From the IMG/VR virus record IMGVR_UViG_3300019765_001106, positions 1 through 35,771 of that record: DNA of 35,771 bases, one strand, 5' to 3'. Shown here piece by piece: positions 34,439 to 35,771 of the stretch. The DNA comes from a virus (taxonomy: Duplodnaviria > Caudoviricetes). The notes beneath the pieces are model-generated. The model saw only the letters and a program-made list of their open reading frames with translations. It was not told where the DNA came from and searched no databases. The number at the start of each line of letters is the position of its first letter. The first letter of the stretch is position 1. A program made the position numbers and the translations under genes.

Positions 34439-34439
34439 G
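34395..34439 (-). pseudogene. 3' half of an initiator-type tRNA-Met(CAT); att-site duplication
   Basis: Minus strand CTCATAACCTGAAGGTCGTTGGTTCAAATCCAACTCCCGCAACCA contains the anticodon loop, T-arm, acceptor 3' strand and CCA. The 5' half is replaced by AT-rich DNA. Confidence 0.88.
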
Positions 34440-34557
34440 ATTTAGGTACAGCAAAATTCTCAACAAGCTACAACACTCAATAGTATATTTTTCAATGATT
34501 TATGTGATTTCAACCGCTGGGAGTTGTTGTCATTTATTGGCATTTTTTAGACCTTAC

Positions 34558-34577
34558 TGTGCCAAAATTGTGCCAAA
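34558..34577 (+). repeat. Tandem TGTGCCAAA direct repeat, putative integrase arm-type sites
   Basis: TGTGCCAAA at 34558-34566 and 34569-34577, between the tRNA fragment and the integrase. Confidence 0.55.
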
Positions 34578-34649
34578 TTTTCTTTGTGCATCTCTCCATA
34601 AGAGGTTAGAATGTATCACGAAATTTGAACAATCAGAAAACAAAATAAA

Positions 34650-35771
34650 ATGGCGACCATACAAAAACGAGAAGGAAAGAACGGACAGACTTACCGCGTA
34701 ATGATCCGTATCCACGGTTATCCACCAGTCCAACGTACCTTCAAACGACTTACCGACGCGAAGGCCTGGGCGCAGGAAACAGAGTTGGAAATGCGGCGAG
34801 GTGACATTCGTTCAACTGCAAATGAGGCCAAGAAGCGCACGCTTGCCGATGTGATTGAGAAATACAAAGAAGACATCCTTCCGCATAAAGCTGTCTCAAG
34901 CCAACGGGTTGAAACAACCTACCTCAATCACTGGGACCGCGAGCTTGGCTCTTATGCGCTTTCCTTCCTGACTCATGAGATCATCAGCAAGAAGATTGCT
35001 CAACTCACTCATGCGGGCGATGAACGCTCTCAACTTGAAGATGGCGAAAAGCCATCAAAGCCAAAGTCACGCAAAACAGTGAAGCATTATCGCGACAATT
35101 TGGAGATATTGCTCAAGTTTGCTCAGAAGTGGGGCTGGATGGGATCAGCCAATCCAATGGATGGCGTGAACCGGATCACAAAGGCCACCAAAGAACGGGT
35201 TCGCTTTCTCAGCGATGATGAGCGCAAAGCGCTACTGGCAGCTTGCAAGACCAGCCTGAACAAACAGCTCTATCCCGTTGTCGTTTTCGCGCTCTCAACC
35301 GGAGCTCGAAAGAACGAAATTTTGAAGCTTACGCTACGAGACCTCGACCTGAAGCGGCAAGTTGCCATATTACGCGAGACCAAAAACCGCGAAACTCGCA
35401 AAGTTCCAATTGTCAGTTATCTTAAGACGGTACTGGAAGAGCATCTAGATTGGAGGATTGGCTACTTGAGCGAACGCGATATCAAGTCAGACTATCTGTT
35501 TCCCCGCAGTGACGGCAAAGGCGCAATCGATATACGCAAAGCGTGGGAGAATGCTCGCGACAAGGCTGGTATCATCGACTTCCGGTTCCACGATTTACGG
35601 CACAGTGCAGCAAGCTATCTAGCCATGAACGGAGCAAGCCAGTTGGAAATCGCAGAGGTTCTTGGCCATAAAACACTCCAAATGGTGAAACGTTACTCGC
35701 ACCTATCAGAAGACCATACCCGGAACGTGGTCGAGAAGATGAACGACAAAATCTTTGACACGGCTGAATAA
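34650..35771 (+). CDS. Tyrosine recombinase/integrase
   Basis: N-terminal arm-binding domain (MATI.KR...YRV.IR..G.P....TF....DA..WA), TGARKNE, TKN, FHDLRHS, LGHK and RYSH catalytic set. Confidence 0.95.
   Translation: MATIQKREGKNGQTYRVMIRIHGYPPVQRTFKRLTDAKAWAQETELEMRRGDIRSTANEAKKRTLADVIEKYKEDILPHKAVSSQRVETTYLNHWDRELGSYALSFLTHEIISKKIAQLTHAGDERSQLEDGEKPSKPKSRKTVKHYRDNLEILLKFAQKWGWMGSANPMDGVNRITKATKERVRFLSDDERKALLAACKTSLNKQLYPVVVFALSTGARKNEILKLTLRDLDLKRQVAILRETKNRETRKVPIVSYLKTVLEEHLDWRIGYLSERDIKSDYLFPRSDGKGAIDIRKAWENARDKAGIIDFRFHDLRHSAASYLAMNGASQLEIAEVLGHKTLQMVKRYSHLSEDHTRNVVEKMNDKIFDTAE

Larger units (their letters stand above)
1..34439. mobile_element. P2-like temperate prophage, left end outside the window
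   Basis: Full set of P2-family head, tail and baseplate genes plus lysis, immunity, replication and integrase modules. It ends at a tRNA 3' fragment where GC content drops abruptly. Confidence 0.95.
34440..35771. mobile_element. Start of a second, lower-GC integrative element
   Basis: Abrupt GC drop exactly at the tRNA anticodon loop, followed by a tyrosine integrase. Confidence 0.75.

Noticed and set aside
34395-34470. Intact tRNA-Met gene
   Set aside because: Only the anticodon loop to CCA is present. The DNA where the D-arm and 5' acceptor strand should be is unrelated AT-rich sequence.
1-35771. CRISPR array or complete restriction-modification system
   Set aside because: No repeat-spacer array was seen, and neither MTase has a recognisable adjacent endonuclease.

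Overview
Positions 1 to about 34,400 are a nearly complete, apparently intact P2-like (contractile-tail) prophage. Its high GC content and gene style suggest an alphaproteobacterial host (inference). The left att/cos end lies outside the window. Gene order: portal, terminase ATPase and an inserted DNA methyltransferase (minus strand); then scaffold, capsid, M, L, X, R, S, J, I, tail fibre, chaperone and a beta-helix tailspike; then a lysis cassette (T4 T-like GAF holin, M23 endolysin, overlapping spanins); then V, W, sheath, tube, E/E' (frameshift), tape measure, U and D. A lambdoid/434-like cI-cro switch with a cI-coupled lipoprotein follows, then an Ogr-like activator, a primase-helicase, an HD hydrolase, a second methyltransferase, a Gp37/Gp68 (DUF5131) protein and a large serine recombinase. 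The last codons of the recombinase are the antisense of a 3' half of tRNA-Met(CAT). Past that att-like fragment, a separate lower-GC element with a tyrosine integrase begins. The most notable signals are (i) the T4-type holin in a P2-like temperate phage, (ii) near-total purging of CCSGG, GTAC and GGATC from the prophage, (iii) a repeated late-promoter motif feeding apparently leaderless mRNAs, and (iv) the recombinase/tRNA overlap. All calls come from reading the sequence and ORF track by eye; no searches were run.
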